Below are positions 29,292 to 39,173 of a stretch of 64,000 nt of DNA, in pieces. Origin of the DNA: a virus; the IMG/VR virus record IMGVR_UViG_3300013094_000036, positions 1 through 64,000 of that record; one strand, given 5' to 3'. A program made the translations under genes and the position numbers. How positions within the stretch are numbered: position 1 is the first letter of the stretch; each line of letters opens with the position of its first letter. The notes beneath the pieces were generated by a model, which saw only the letters and a program-made list of their open reading frames with translations, made no database searches and was not told the origin of the DNA.

Positions 29292-29921
29292 ATGTATATC
29301 AATTTAAAAAAACTGTGCGCTTTTTGGTTGGGATGCACGATACTTGCAGGATGCAATCCAGTGCAAGCATCGCCGACATCAGATGCTGCACAGTTTAAAG
29401 AATCCTATACATTAGTTACTGACCCAGAGACTGGTGTTCGGGACGACTATCGCAGCATTCCAGAATTACAACGTTTGCTACCTTTGGATATCAAGGAGGC
29501 AAGCGATATGTTATATGAAGACCGACGCGAAATCGAATGTCTGGCGTGGAATCTATATTTTGAAATCAGAGGTGGCAAGCCCAATGAGCAGATTGCTATT
29601 GCTTATGTTCCAATAAATCGTATCGGCAAAAGCGAGTTTGCTTCTTCAGTGTGTGCCAATGTGTTCCAATATCACATGGTTAACGGCAAAATCAAACACC
29701 AGTTCAGTTGGGTTGGGCGAAAATTCGGCAAATCTTTCAAGATAGAACCAGATTCCTGGCAAAAAATGCAGCAACTGGCTATCCAGGTTTGGAATAAAAA
29801 ATTAAAAGATACTGGCAGAGGTTCAACATATTTTCACAGTGTCAATGTTGGTCCTCAATGGGCTAATAACACAATAAAGTTCACTCTTGGTTCTCATATA
29901 TTTTGGAAAGAAGTTAAGTAG
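29292..29921 (+). CDS. SleB-like cell wall hydrolase (Hydrolase_2)
   Basis: CLAWNLYFE.RG, QFSW, YFH and G.HIF motifs; N-terminal lipobox LAGC. Confidence 0.85.
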   Translation: MYINLKKLCAFWLGCTILAGCNPVQASPTSDAAQFKESYTLVTDPETGVRDDYRSIPELQRLLPLDIKEASDMLYEDRREIECLAWNLYFEIRGGKPNEQIAIAYVPINRIGKSEFASSVCANVFQYHMVNGKIKHQFSWVGRKFGKSFKIEPDSWQKMQQLAIQVWNKKLKDTGRGSTYFHSVNVGPQWANNTIKFTLGSHIFWKEVK

Positions 29922-29991
29922 AGTCTAATATTTTTTAGGTTTTTCTGCCTGCAACATAAATAATCAACATATTGCAGGCAGAGGAATACCT

Positions 29992-31146
29992 ATGACTTAT
30001 TCGTTTAATACAACTTATTTTCAAATCACCTATAACAACACAACACCAAATGATTATTCAGCATTAACTGGTAACCAGGCAGGTGGACTCGACAGCCAAA
30101 CTGCATGGAACATACAGAGCATTGTAAAAACAACTGGTGGCAGCAGTGTCAGTGGAACACCATTTGATAATGGTAGTACTATCCTAATTAATGGTTATAC
30201 CGTGACATTCAGCAATGGCGACAATCTTGCAAGTGCAATAGACAAAATAAATCTTTTGACTAAATTTACAGGTGTGTATGCTGATCAAAGTGTGGCATCT
30301 GGGTATATTACCCTACAAAATGCACCAGGATTTGAAGGGCAACCATTTTATCTAAAGGAGGGTAATGGCACTGCTCTGGCAACACTGGGCCTTGATAACC
30401 CAGGTTATTACCCAACTGGGCAATATCAAAACACACCAAGTGTAATAGGGAATTCTTTTTCAAATGTGACCAAAGATTCATATGTTAACATAAACAATGT
30501 CAAAATAATATTTACTGCTGGCAATCTTCAAAGTGCAGCTTCTCAGATTAATGCCTACACCCCTGAGACTGGCGTAACTGCTGAAGTTGCCGGACCATAT
30601 CTACAGTTAGAGTCGAATGGTTTTTCTCAACCTATATCAATAAACAACGGCAATGCAACTTCCAATCTTGGGTTTCCTGTTGGAGTATATACAGGACCTA
30701 TCAGTAATATAACTCTCAGTGAAGACAAAGAACGCGCAAATATGCGTTGGTTCCAAGTTGTTAGCCAGTTAGAATCAACTGCGACACCAAGTTTCTTTGG
30801 CAACATAAATCGGGTTGGTGCTGTTGGCAATGCTGCTCTGAACAGCATTACATGGACTGTTGGTTATGAATGTTATTCAGCGTTATCTACAGCGGCATTG
30901 GTATGTGAACCAGATTATGGAACTACATTTACTGGCACTGAAGCAATTCAGCGTTTTGTCGCCAGAGGACTGGTTAACACATGGAACAGCAACAGAAAAC
31001 TGTTTGCCCCATGCGTAAGTCAAGCAAGTGGCACTGCCTGGTTTAGCAATCCCGGTAGAATTACAAATATCACGGCACAAGGCATTGATAGCAACGTTCA
31101 GGTTATCAGCAATAATATAGTCATCACCCAGATTCCTGGAGTATAG
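29992..31146 (+). CDS. Probable virion structural protein
   Basis: Gly/Asn/Thr-rich with repeated I.ING..V.F and LG motifs; late promoter upstream. Confidence 0.55.
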   Translation: MTYSFNTTYFQITYNNTTPNDYSALTGNQAGGLDSQTAWNIQSIVKTTGGSSVSGTPFDNGSTILINGYTVTFSNGDNLASAIDKINLLTKFTGVYADQSVASGYITLQNAPGFEGQPFYLKEGNGTALATLGLDNPGYYPTGQYQNTPSVIGNSFSNVTKDSYVNINNVKIIFTAGNLQSAASQINAYTPETGVTAEVAGPYLQLESNGFSQPISINNGNATSNLGFPVGVYTGPISNITLSEDKERANMRWFQVVSQLESTATPSFFGNINRVGAVGNAALNSITWTVGYECYSALSTAALVCEPDYGTTFTGTEAIQRFVARGLVNTWNSNRKLFAPCVSQASGTAWFSNPGRITNITAQGIDSNVQVISNNIVITQIPGV

Positions 31147-31187
31147 TAAATTAGTTATTCATTTAATAGTTGTAAAAAGACAGAAAA

Positions 31188-32420
31188 ATGAATTATTCTC
31201 GTTTTATGATATTTGTGGCGTTAACGATATCTGTTGTAGCAGAATATTTTAGTATTGTCGGATTAATGGCAATTTTTTCTGCTGCAGCATTGCCCGTCGC
31301 AGTTATGGGAATATCTCTGGCACTCGGCAAACTAACTATATCTGTTTGGCTAAAGACAAACTGGAAACGATGCCCGATAATCTATAAATTTTATTTAATT
31401 CCGGCTATAATATTTCTAATGTTACTAACTTCTATCGGTTGTATTGGATACCTTTCCAAGGCCCATAATGACCATTATTTGGTAAGCAGCGGTGTGCAAA
31501 GTAAACTCGCCATTTATGATGAAAAAATCCGTGTAGCAAGAGAAAACATTGATTCTGACCGCAAGCAACTCAAACAAATGGATGATGCAGTGGAACAAAT
31601 ATTGGTCCGTAGTTCCACAGAAGCAGGTGCAACAAGAGCCACTGCGTTGCGTAAATCTCAACAACAGGATCACACTGCCTTAACTAAAGATATTGAAACG
31701 CAACAAAGTATCATTCAACATCTTAATGAGGAGGCGGCACCAATTCGCGATGAAAATCGTAAAGTGGAAGCAGAAGTTGGTCCCATCAAGTATATTGCTG
31801 AATTTTTCGCCGATGGCCAAACAATTGATATAGATAAATCTGTTCGCTGGATGATTATTATGATTGTATTGGTATTTGACCCATTGGCTATTCTCATGCT
31901 TATAGCAGCAAATATAAGTTATGCTAAAGAACAAACAACGTTGTCTTCTACACAGGAAAACAACTTTACAACACCAGGATTAAACCAATCCATGCCAATA
32001 GTTGGACAAACAATCTATAACCCAGAAAGCAATTCAACTGTGTGGTGGACAGGAAAAGAATGGGCTGCCATGCCAACACCTGTCAAAGAAATCACAGATA
32101 TACAGGATAAAATTATAATAAAACCCGAGATAAAGGTTTATCCACCAAGTATTGACACAGATATTATCAAATCCGTGGTAACTTCATCGATGGACAATTG
32201 GCTAGATACTGCCAGTTACCCTGCAACTGCCGCAGACAATGACCCACCAGAATCTGCATTATCAGATATCGATTCTGAACCTGTTGTAGAAATTAAAAGT
32301 GAAGAATCTGTTAAAAAACCAGTGGACGAATCTTTGCAGAGCAGTTATACTAGTGTTGATGAGACATATCATCCTCCAGAACACTTTAAACCAACCCATA
32401 TAACTTACGGTAGGCGTTAA
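31188..32420 (+). CDS. Membrane coiled-coil protein conserved in large phages
   Basis: N-terminal TM helices, GYLSKAH, EVGPIKYIAE, VFDPLA. Confidence 0.7.
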   Translation: MNYSRFMIFVALTISVVAEYFSIVGLMAIFSAAALPVAVMGISLALGKLTISVWLKTNWKRCPIIYKFYLIPAIIFLMLLTSIGCIGYLSKAHNDHYLVSSGVQSKLAIYDEKIRVARENIDSDRKQLKQMDDAVEQILVRSSTEAGATRATALRKSQQQDHTALTKDIETQQSIIQHLNEEAAPIRDENRKVEAEVGPIKYIAEFFADGQTIDIDKSVRWMIIMIVLVFDPLAILMLIAANISYAKEQTTLSSTQENNFTTPGLNQSMPIVGQTIYNPESNSTVWWTGKEWAAMPTPVKEITDIQDKIIIKPEIKVYPPSIDTDIIKSVVTSSMDNWLDTASYPATAADNDPPESALSDIDSEPVVEIKSEESVKKPVDESLQSSYTSVDETYHPPEHFKPTHITYGRR

Positions 32421-32422
32421 TA

Positions 32423-33667
32423 ATGACTGCAACAAAAGAATATCATCGCTGTAGTTTCTGTGAAAAGAATCAACAGCAAGTTAAAAAGCTTATAGCAGGA
32501 AATGATGTTTACATTTGTGATGAATGTGTAACTTTATGCTTTAGTATTTTAAAAAAGGAAGTTCCCAAAAATCTACCAGATGACTCTATCACACCTGCAA
32601 AAGTAAAAGAACGTTTAGACGAGCACGTTGTGGGACAAGATATTGCCAAAAGAACTTTGGCAGTTGCAATTTACAACCATATCAAGCGGATTAATAATCC
32701 AGAAATTGATGGTGTTACTATAGATAAAAGCAACATGCTTTTTATTGGTGGCTCTGGAACTGGCAAAACCTATACCATTCAGAATGTTGCGAAAATTCTT
32801 GATGTGCCATTCAGTATTGTTGATGCAACAAGCTTAACAGAAAGTGGTTATGTTGGTCTTGATGTTGAAGATGCTATTGCCAAATTATATCATGCAGCAG
32901 ACCAAGATGTAGCAAAAACTGAACGTGGTATTGTTTATATTGATGAGATTGATAAAAAAGGCCGCAAAGGCGAAAATGTCTCAATTACTAGAGATGTAAG
33001 CGGCGAAGGTGTTCAACAGGCTTTGCTTAAAATGATTGAGGGCTGTGAAGTAAAAATTCCACCACAAGGTGGTCGAAAAAATCCAAATGGAGACTTTGTA
33101 ACAATTAACACTAAAAATATTCTTTTTATTGTTGGTGGGTCGTTTGAAGGTCTTGACAAAATCATAGAAATCCGTCAAAATCACAATAATACAGGAATTG
33201 GATTTGGTTCAGTTGTTAAAGAACAAACAACAAAAATCAATAACTATGAACTTATCAAGCAGGTCAGAAGTGATGATCTTGTTAAGTTTGGAGTTATTCC
33301 TGAATTGATTGGTCGTCTTCCCATCGTTGTAACATTTGAAGACTTGAATGAAGAATCTTTGGTAAAAATTCTGACTGAACCAAAAAATGCTATTATCAAG
33401 CAATTTCAAAAGATGTTTGAACTAGATAATATTATTTTGGAGTTCACACCAGAAAGTTTAAAAGCAATTGCCTGTGAAGCAATTTTGCGGAAAACTGGTG
33501 CCAGAGGTCTTCGTAGTATTGTTGAACAAATTTTGCTTGGTGTTCAATTTGAATTGCCAACGCTTTTTAAATCTGGTGTTAAAAAAATCTGTATAACAAA
33601 GGAAACAGTTGAAAATATGAATGAACCTTTACGTGTCTATGCAAACGATCAGGATGTTGTATCTTGA
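32423..33667 (+). CDS. clpX: ATP-dependent Clp protease ATPase subunit
   Basis: CSFC...ICDECV zinc domain, GGSGTGKT, DEIDK, RDVSGEGVQQ, IGF loop, GARGLR. Confidence 0.96.
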   Translation: MTATKEYHRCSFCEKNQQQVKKLIAGNDVYICDECVTLCFSILKKEVPKNLPDDSITPAKVKERLDEHVVGQDIAKRTLAVAIYNHIKRINNPEIDGVTIDKSNMLFIGGSGTGKTYTIQNVAKILDVPFSIVDATSLTESGYVGLDVEDAIAKLYHAADQDVAKTERGIVYIDEIDKKGRKGENVSITRDVSGEGVQQALLKMIEGCEVKIPPQGGRKNPNGDFVTINTKNILFIVGGSFEGLDKIIEIRQNHNNTGIGFGSVVKEQTTKINNYELIKQVRSDDLVKFGVIPELIGRLPIVVTFEDLNEESLVKILTEPKNAIIKQFQKMFELDNIILEFTPESLKAIACEAILRKTGARGLRSIVEQILLGVQFELPTLFKSGVKKICITKETVENMNEPLRVYANDQDVVS

Positions 33668-34242
33668 GCGGAACTTTTCAAAATAATCGGTCAAATAACA
33701 GGCGTCCTGTTGATCCAATAAAATCAACTCTGGTTTACAATGATGCAATTAGACACCCACAGGTGCGATTACTAGACATTGATGGCAACCAGGTTGGGCT
33801 TGTATCTAGCAGAGAGGCACTTACACAGGCTAGAAATGAAGGGTTGGATTTAATTGAAATAAATCGTTCTGCTAACCCTCCCGTGGTACGCATTGTTGAT
33901 CTTAACAAGTGGGTTTACAAGTTAAAGCAGGAACAAAAACTTAAAGAAAAGAAAGCCCGCGAAAATACTATTGTGATCAAAGAGATTCAACTTCGACCTG
34001 TTACTGATAAACACGATATCGCAGTCAAGCAGGAACATGCAAGAGAGTTTCTTGCCGACAACAACAAGGTAAAAGTTGTAATAAAATTTCGGGGTAGAGA
34101 AATGACATTCCGTGAGTTAGGGTTTGAAGTCATGGAAAAATTTATTAAAGGCTTAGACGCTTATAAAGTGGAAAAATCACCTGAAATGATAGGTAGAAGC
34201 ATTTCTGCGATATTGGCACCTGCCAAAAAAATTGACCCGTAA
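33664..34242 (+). CDS. infC: Translation initiation factor IF-3
   Basis: N..IR..QVRL, LDLIEI...PPV, KEIQL.P, KVKV..FRGRE. Confidence 0.93.
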   Translation: MSGTFQNNRSNNRRPVDPIKSTLVYNDAIRHPQVRLLDIDGNQVGLVSSREALTQARNEGLDLIEINRSANPPVVRIVDLNKWVYKLKQEQKLKEKKARENTIVIKEIQLRPVTDKHDIAVKQEHAREFLADNNKVKVVIKFRGREMTFRELGFEVMEKFIKGLDAYKVEKSPEMIGRSISAILAPAKKIDP

Positions 34243-34291
34243 TCTAATAAATGTTTATAATTATTTTGTCTATAGTAGAAGGAAAAATTTA

Positions 34292-34603
34292 ATGGACAGT
34301 GATGAATTCGTGCTTCGTAAAAAGGGCATGTCTGTCAAAGTTTACAACAATAATATCGAAGGCGCTATTGTGCAACTAAAACGTCGTATGAATAGTGAAG
34401 GTATTAACAAAGAGTTGCGAAAGCGCAAACACTATGTACCACCAAGTATTACTCGTCGTCAAAAACTTGCTGAAGCAAAACTTCGATGGAAGAAAAAACA
34501 TGCTCAAATCATGGAACTTGAATTGCCCAAAAAGAAAAAGACAAAAAAAGAGTTGAAAACTGTAAATCGTTCTCCAATCAATAATGTTGAAAATCAGTCT
34601 TGA
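34292..34603 (+). CDS. rpsU: Ribosomal protein bS21 with basic C-terminal extension
   Basis: V.V.NNNIEGA...LKR....EG...ELR.R.HY..PS. Confidence 0.85.
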   Translation: MDSDEFVLRKKGMSVKVYNNNIEGAIVQLKRRMNSEGINKELRKRKHYVPPSITRRQKLAEAKLRWKKKHAQIMELELPKKKKTKKELKTVNRSPINNVENQS

Positions 34604-34634
34604 CATATGCAGAAATTCGCATTATAAATACTAT

Positions 34635-34697
34635 TGAAGATGCCTAATAAGGGTCTTCAGTCTAAAACAAACTTTGCTTTTAAAGGAGGTAAAAATG
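34635..34697 (+). promoter_or_regulatory. ROSE-like RNA thermometer in the Hsp20 5' UTR
   Basis: Hairpin gaagatgcc/gggtcttc, then UUGCU pairing over the AGGAGG SD. Confidence 0.6.
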
Positions 34698-35186
34698 AGA
34701 AACATTACACTTACATCACCATTTGACGAACTTTTTCGCGATTTCAACCGTTTCGCAGTTGGATTCGAACCCACCTTTCGTATGTTAGATCAGGTTCGGA
34801 CCACCCAAAATAGTGGATATCCTCCATATGATCTGGAGTCATGCGGCGAAAATACCTACAAGCTGAGTATGGCTGTGGCAGGTTTTACTGCTGATGATCT
34901 AGACATTACTCTACAAGATGGAGTTTTGACTATCGAGGGTCGCGTAAATCAGGATGAAACTCGCACTTTCCTGCACAAAGGGATTGCCGGTCGTAGTTTC
35001 CGTCGTACTTTTTATCTAAATGCCTGGGTTCAGGTTACGGGTAGCAATCTTACCGATGGAATTCTGACTGTTGATTTTGTACAGGAAATTCCAGAAAGCC
35101 TTAAACCTCGTAAAATTTCAATTGGCAATAGCCAAGAAGAGGTAAAAGTGCTTGACGCCAAGACTTCTAAGAAGTCAGCCGCTTGA
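34695..35186 (+). CDS. Small heat shock protein (Hsp20/IbpA-like)
   Basis: YPPYD, AVAGF, HKGIA.RSF.R.F, L.DGIL, PRKI.I. Confidence 0.95.
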   Translation: MRNITLTSPFDELFRDFNRFAVGFEPTFRMLDQVRTTQNSGYPPYDLESCGENTYKLSMAVAGFTADDLDITLQDGVLTIEGRVNQDETRTFLHKGIAGRSFRRTFYLNAWVQVTGSNLTDGILTVDFVQEIPESLKPRKISIGNSQEEVKVLDAKTSKKSAA

Positions 35187-35231
35187 CATATTACATAGAA
35201 TTATGTAATATATAAAAAAGGAAAGAATCGC

Positions 35232-35540
35232 ATGACCAATGTAGAGACAGTTGAGGATGTTGAGACCGTCACTAAAATGGTCATGCGTCCTCCTAAACAA
35301 TTTAATGTTGTTTTATACAATGATGATACTACAACTGTAGAATTTGTAGTTCTTGTTCTTATGACTATCTTTCACAAGAACTTCAATGAGGCTAATGCAC
35401 TTACTATTGCTATTCACGAAAATGGCAAGGGTATTGCTGGAACATATAGTTTAGAAGTTGCAAATCAGAAACACGATGACACAATCAGTGCTGCAAGATT
35501 AAATGGGTTCCCACTGCGATGCAGTGTACAAGAATGTTAA
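35232..35540 (+). CDS. clpS: Clp protease adaptor ClpS
   Basis: VVLYNDDTTTVEFV..VL, IH..GKG, FPL. Confidence 0.93.
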   Translation: MTNVETVEDVETVTKMVMRPPKQFNVVLYNDDTTTVEFVVLVLMTIFHKNFNEANALTIAIHENGKGIAGTYSLEVANQKHDDTISAARLNGFPLRCSVQEC

Positions 35541-36379
35541 TTTTGAATATGCAAGGGTCTTTGACTTAAAATTTCAAAGAAACATTTGTCATCGGCATTG
35601 TTGAGTTTGTCATAGGAAAAATTTATCCCACTCCATACAGGACGATAATACAGAGTGTTTTGACTGGGAACTAACGCCAACTGTCCAGTGGTTTTCATAT
35701 AGCCTTCTCTATCGTCAATCCTACAGGGATTTAACTGCGGATTAGGATCACTATGGTCAAGAATACATTCCATGCATTCATCCAGTGTAGTTGCGGTACT
35801 TAATCCCAATTCTGATTTAATTTTTCTAACTTCAGAACTTACACGTTTTCTACTGTGTCCTGGATCATCAGCAACACGTTGATATCCAGCCCATGGCAAC
35901 AATATACCGTGATTTGTTCTGACACATGTGTTTGGAGATATTATTTCTTCAATTTTATAGACAAAATCACCGTTTCTATGACTACTCTCCAACATATAGC
36001 ATTTATCACTGTTAAAAACTAATGTATGTCCAGTCAATTCATTTTTAACAAGACTTTCGAGTGCAGATTGACAGCTCTGTTCTAACAATGCAGTTCGGAT
36101 TTTTTTACCATCCGGACTTAAGTAATCACTTCTTGTACCTTCATGTGTTGTCTCCTGACCTTTTTCATCAGAGATGGTAGCCATACTGGCACTTATTATA
36201 CTGACACCATTGGCATTTAGACCTTCAGTGTATCCAGTATTTTCATCCCAGATATAGATTCTTTCAATTCCATTTCTATGACTCTTACGAATGTTTATAG
36301 TGGGATAATATCCTCTATCGCGATTTTTTACACCTACCCAGCCTAATTTGGGCAGAAATTTTGCCATGATAACGCACAT
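35537..36379 (-). CDS. Ntn-hydrolase-like protein
   Basis: N-terminal Cys (MCV), KNRDR, EGLN..G, RTNH, TT. Confidence 0.65.
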   Translation of the reverse strand: MCVIMAKFLPKLGWVGVKNRDRGYYPTINIRKSHRNGIERIYIWDENTGYTEGLNANGVSIISASMATISDEKGQETTHEGTRSDYLSPDGKKIRTALLEQSCQSALESLVKNELTGHTLVFNSDKCYMLESSHRNGDFVYKIEEIISPNTCVRTNHGILLPWAGYQRVADDPGHSRKRVSSEVRKIKSELGLSTATTLDECMECILDHSDPNPQLNPCRIDDREGYMKTTGQLALVPSQNTLYYRPVWSGINFSYDKLNNADDKCFFEILSQRPLHIQN

Positions 36380-36415
36380 GTTGATATTTAGTAGATTTTA
36401 GTTATATAATACATT

Positions 36416-36652
36416 ATGATAAATCGTCATTTATATCCAGATGATCCAAATTATCCAGCTAGCAAAAGACTATGGGTCAAAGATCCTGTTGATGGCGGAA
36501 AGGTTTTGAAAAACAGCAGCCGTGATATACTATTTGAATGGTGTGATAAAAACTGTTCAGGCCGTTATTGGGTGGGTATGGGTTTTATTGATTTCGAATT
36601 GGTGTCAGATTACACACTTGCAATTTTATCACTTAGCACGGTAGATGTTTGA
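36416..36652 (+). CDS. Hypothetical protein (small W..F family)
   Basis: EWCDKNC...F..D. Confidence 0.55.
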   Translation: MINRHLYPDDPNYPASKRLWVKDPVDGGKVLKNSSRDILFEWCDKNCSGRYWVGMGFIDFELVSDYTLAILSLSTVDV

Positions 36653-36865
36653 ATGGAAAATAAATGGTGCACCTTGAACAAAATTTCTTCTACAGGGTGT
36701 TATTATGTGCTGATTATAGATTGCGATTGGTACGACGCAGAATTTAAAAATATAATTTCTTGGTTTCGAGAAAATTCACCCCACTCAGTGCCAGTAAAAA
36801 CCCAATATTTGATCAAATTTCCAAATCGGCAAGAATGGACCAATTGGCTACTAACATGGAGTTGA
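36653..36865 (+). CDS. Hypothetical protein (small W..F..W family)
   Basis: SWFREN...KF......WLLTWS. Confidence 0.55.
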   Translation: MENKWCTLNKISSTGCYYVLIIDCDWYDAEFKNIISWFRENSPHSVPVKTQYLIKFPNRQEWTNWLLTWS

Positions 36866-36940
36866 TGATTCGATATTAAGGTCTGTTATTTTCTGTTAAT
36901 GACGGTATTTAAATAATACCTAGATTATGAGAAAATAACC

Positions 36941-37405
36941 ATGTTAAAGTATTTTACTTTCTTTATGTTGATACCAATAGTTGTAGTTGCTGCACCGCTG
37001 CCTGATTTTACATTTAAAAATCCTGCATTTAATGGCAACAATTATGGCACATTTGAACTGCAGATTGAAAATACAGAATATACACGCCAACAGGCGGTAG
37101 AACAGGCTTTACAGGCTGCTAAACAGCAAGCAATAACTGCGGCCCAAAACACACCCCTCAATCAATTTTTATCCAATCTTCAAAGTAGAATTTATGCAGA
37201 AATAAGTCAGAATTTGGCAACATCTATGTTTCAAGCTGGTACTGCCACTTCTGGTAATTTTACCTTTCAGGGCAATACAATATTCTGGCAAAATCTAGGC
37301 AGTAGTATAAATTTAGTTGTCACTGACAATTTAGGTAATAGCACAACAATAAATGTACCACTAGGTTCATTTACCTTCACACAGACAGTTCCAGGATCGC
37401 AATGA
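36941..37405 (+). CDS. csgF: Curli assembly protein CsgF-like
   Basis: Signal peptide, FKNPAFNG, F..NLQSRIY, T.I.VP; immediately upstream of csgG. Confidence 0.75.
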   Translation: MLKYFTFFMLIPIVVVAAPLPDFTFKNPAFNGNNYGTFELQIENTEYTRQQAVEQALQAAKQQAITAAQNTPLNQFLSNLQSRIYAEISQNLATSMFQAGTATSGNFTFQGNTIFWQNLGSSINLVVTDNLGNSTTINVPLGSFTFTQTVPGSQ

Positions 37406-38229
37406 TGACAAGACTTATATTTTTATCATTGGGTATCGTATCAATCTTGATTTTACCCAGCTGTGCTGTACTCCAAAAAACTGGACAGGAAATTGGAGTA
37501 GAATATAAACCAAAACTTGAACATATTTCTTTACAAAAAGAATTTGATTCAATTCCGCCCCCTGCTAATGGAAAAATTACTGTTGCTGTGTATAACTTTA
37601 GAGATTTAACAGGACAACGAAAACCATCTGCAACATATGCAAGTTTCAGTACAGCAGTTACACAAGGGGCGGAACTATTTCTTATAAAAGCCCTGCAGGA
37701 AGTTGGACATGGAACTTGGTTTGATGTGGTTGAACGCACATCAGTGGATGATTTAATAAAAGAACGAACAATAATAAAGCAGATGCGTGAAGCATATGAA
37801 GGTAAAAATTCACAACAATTGCCACCTATGCAATTTGCAGGAATTATTATGGAAGGTGGCATTATTGGTTATGACAGTAGCATTGAATCAGGCGGTGCTG
37901 GCTATCAGTGGTTGGGAATAGGTCCCCAAACACAATACAGCAAAGATGTAGTTACTGTAAGTCTCCGAGCAGTATCAGTTGCAACTGGTAAAGTTCTAGT
38001 AAGTGTTTCTGTTACAAAAATTATCTACAGTACCGCTGACAACATAGCTGTGTTGAAAAGTTGGCAGCAAGGAACTCAGATTTTTATGGCAGAAACAGGG
38101 TTAACAATCAATGAACCTGTTTCACTTGCTGTGAAAACAACAATTGAAGCAGCAGTTGTTGAATTGATAAATGAAGGTAAACATAAAGGCGTCTGGTCAT
38201 TTGCAACACCAGTGCAACAAGAAGAATAA
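37402..38229 (+). CDS. csgG: Curli secretion channel CsgG-like lipoprotein
   Basis: Lipobox LPSC, AVY.FRD.TGQRK, FSTAVTQG, WF.VVER, L.KER.II, EGGIIGYD. Confidence 0.92.
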   Translation: MMTRLIFLSLGIVSILILPSCAVLQKTGQEIGVEYKPKLEHISLQKEFDSIPPPANGKITVAVYNFRDLTGQRKPSATYASFSTAVTQGAELFLIKALQEVGHGTWFDVVERTSVDDLIKERTIIKQMREAYEGKNSQQLPPMQFAGIIMEGGIIGYDSSIESGGAGYQWLGIGPQTQYSKDVVTVSLRAVSVATGKVLVSVSVTKIIYSTADNIAVLKSWQQGTQIFMAETGLTINEPVSLAVKTTIEAAVVELINEGKHKGVWSFATPVQQEE

Positions 38230-38294
38230 CTGTTGTTATTATTGATATCATGGATAGTATTAATAAATTTAAAATAATTGCCAAGGAAAAGCAC

Positions 38295-39173
38295 ATGAAA
38301 TATCTATCAGTGAAGAATTTAGGTAAGATTTTAATGGCTTTCTGTGCCATATATGCATCTGTAATTACCCTGGGACAGGCAGATGACAATAGTATATATA
38401 TTCAACAGAGTGGCAACAACACTGTTGTCTCCATGGACCAAGAAGGCACCGGCAACATTGTTCGCGGAATACAAGGCATAGGCAGCGATAACACAACACC
38501 TGCTAAGATTACAGGTGATTCCAACACAGTATCAGTAACGCAAATTGGTACAGGCAATACTTTAAATTTTGGTATCTCAACATTAATAGCAAATGGTGGT
38601 GTTTTTGGTGGCAATTTCAGTTACTCAGTGACAGGCAATAATGCCACCGCCACAATAGATTCAAATAAAGATGGGAATAATACAAGTCAAAGCAACAATG
38701 TGGTAATAGATCAATCAGGAAATTTTGCAAATGCCAATGTAAATGTCCTGGGAAGCCTTAACAGTGTAACTGCTACAACAAGTGGTGGTAATTACAACTC
38801 ATATACAGGAACTGTCAATGGAAATAATAATACACAAAATGTTTCAGTATCTCAGGGGGGAAACAACACTGTGGAAATTAATCAAGGTGTTGGAGGTTCA
38901 GCGGTTAATAACACGGTGTTAAATCTTGGTACAGTTGGAACAACTACATACAACTATGGTGGTACTGCCAGTGTGACCATACAAGGTGACAGCAATTCTG
39001 CCAGTGTTCAACAATCAGGTGTAAATGGATTTACCAATACAACGGTTCTGAATCTAAATGGCAGTAGCAATACAGCAAATGTGGTTCAAAGTGCTGTGGG
39101 TGGTAATACCACTGTTAATATATCAAGTTATGGAAGCAGTAATATATTCACAGTAACAAGCAAAAATTATTGA
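38295..39173 (+). CDS. Curlin-repeat secreted protein (CsgA/B-like)
   Basis: Signal peptide; repeated Q.G..N beta-arch motifs. Confidence 0.75.
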   Translation: MKYLSVKNLGKILMAFCAIYASVITLGQADDNSIYIQQSGNNTVVSMDQEGTGNIVRGIQGIGSDNTTPAKITGDSNTVSVTQIGTGNTLNFGISTLIANGGVFGGNFSYSVTGNNATATIDSNKDGNNTSQSNNVVIDQSGNFANANVNVLGSLNSVTATTSGGNYNSYTGTVNGNNNTQNVSVSQGGNNTVEINQGVGGSAVNNTVLNLGTVGTTTYNYGGTASVTIQGDSNSASVQQSGVNGFTNTTVLNLNGSSNTANVVQSAVGGNTTVNISSYGSSNIFTVTSKNY

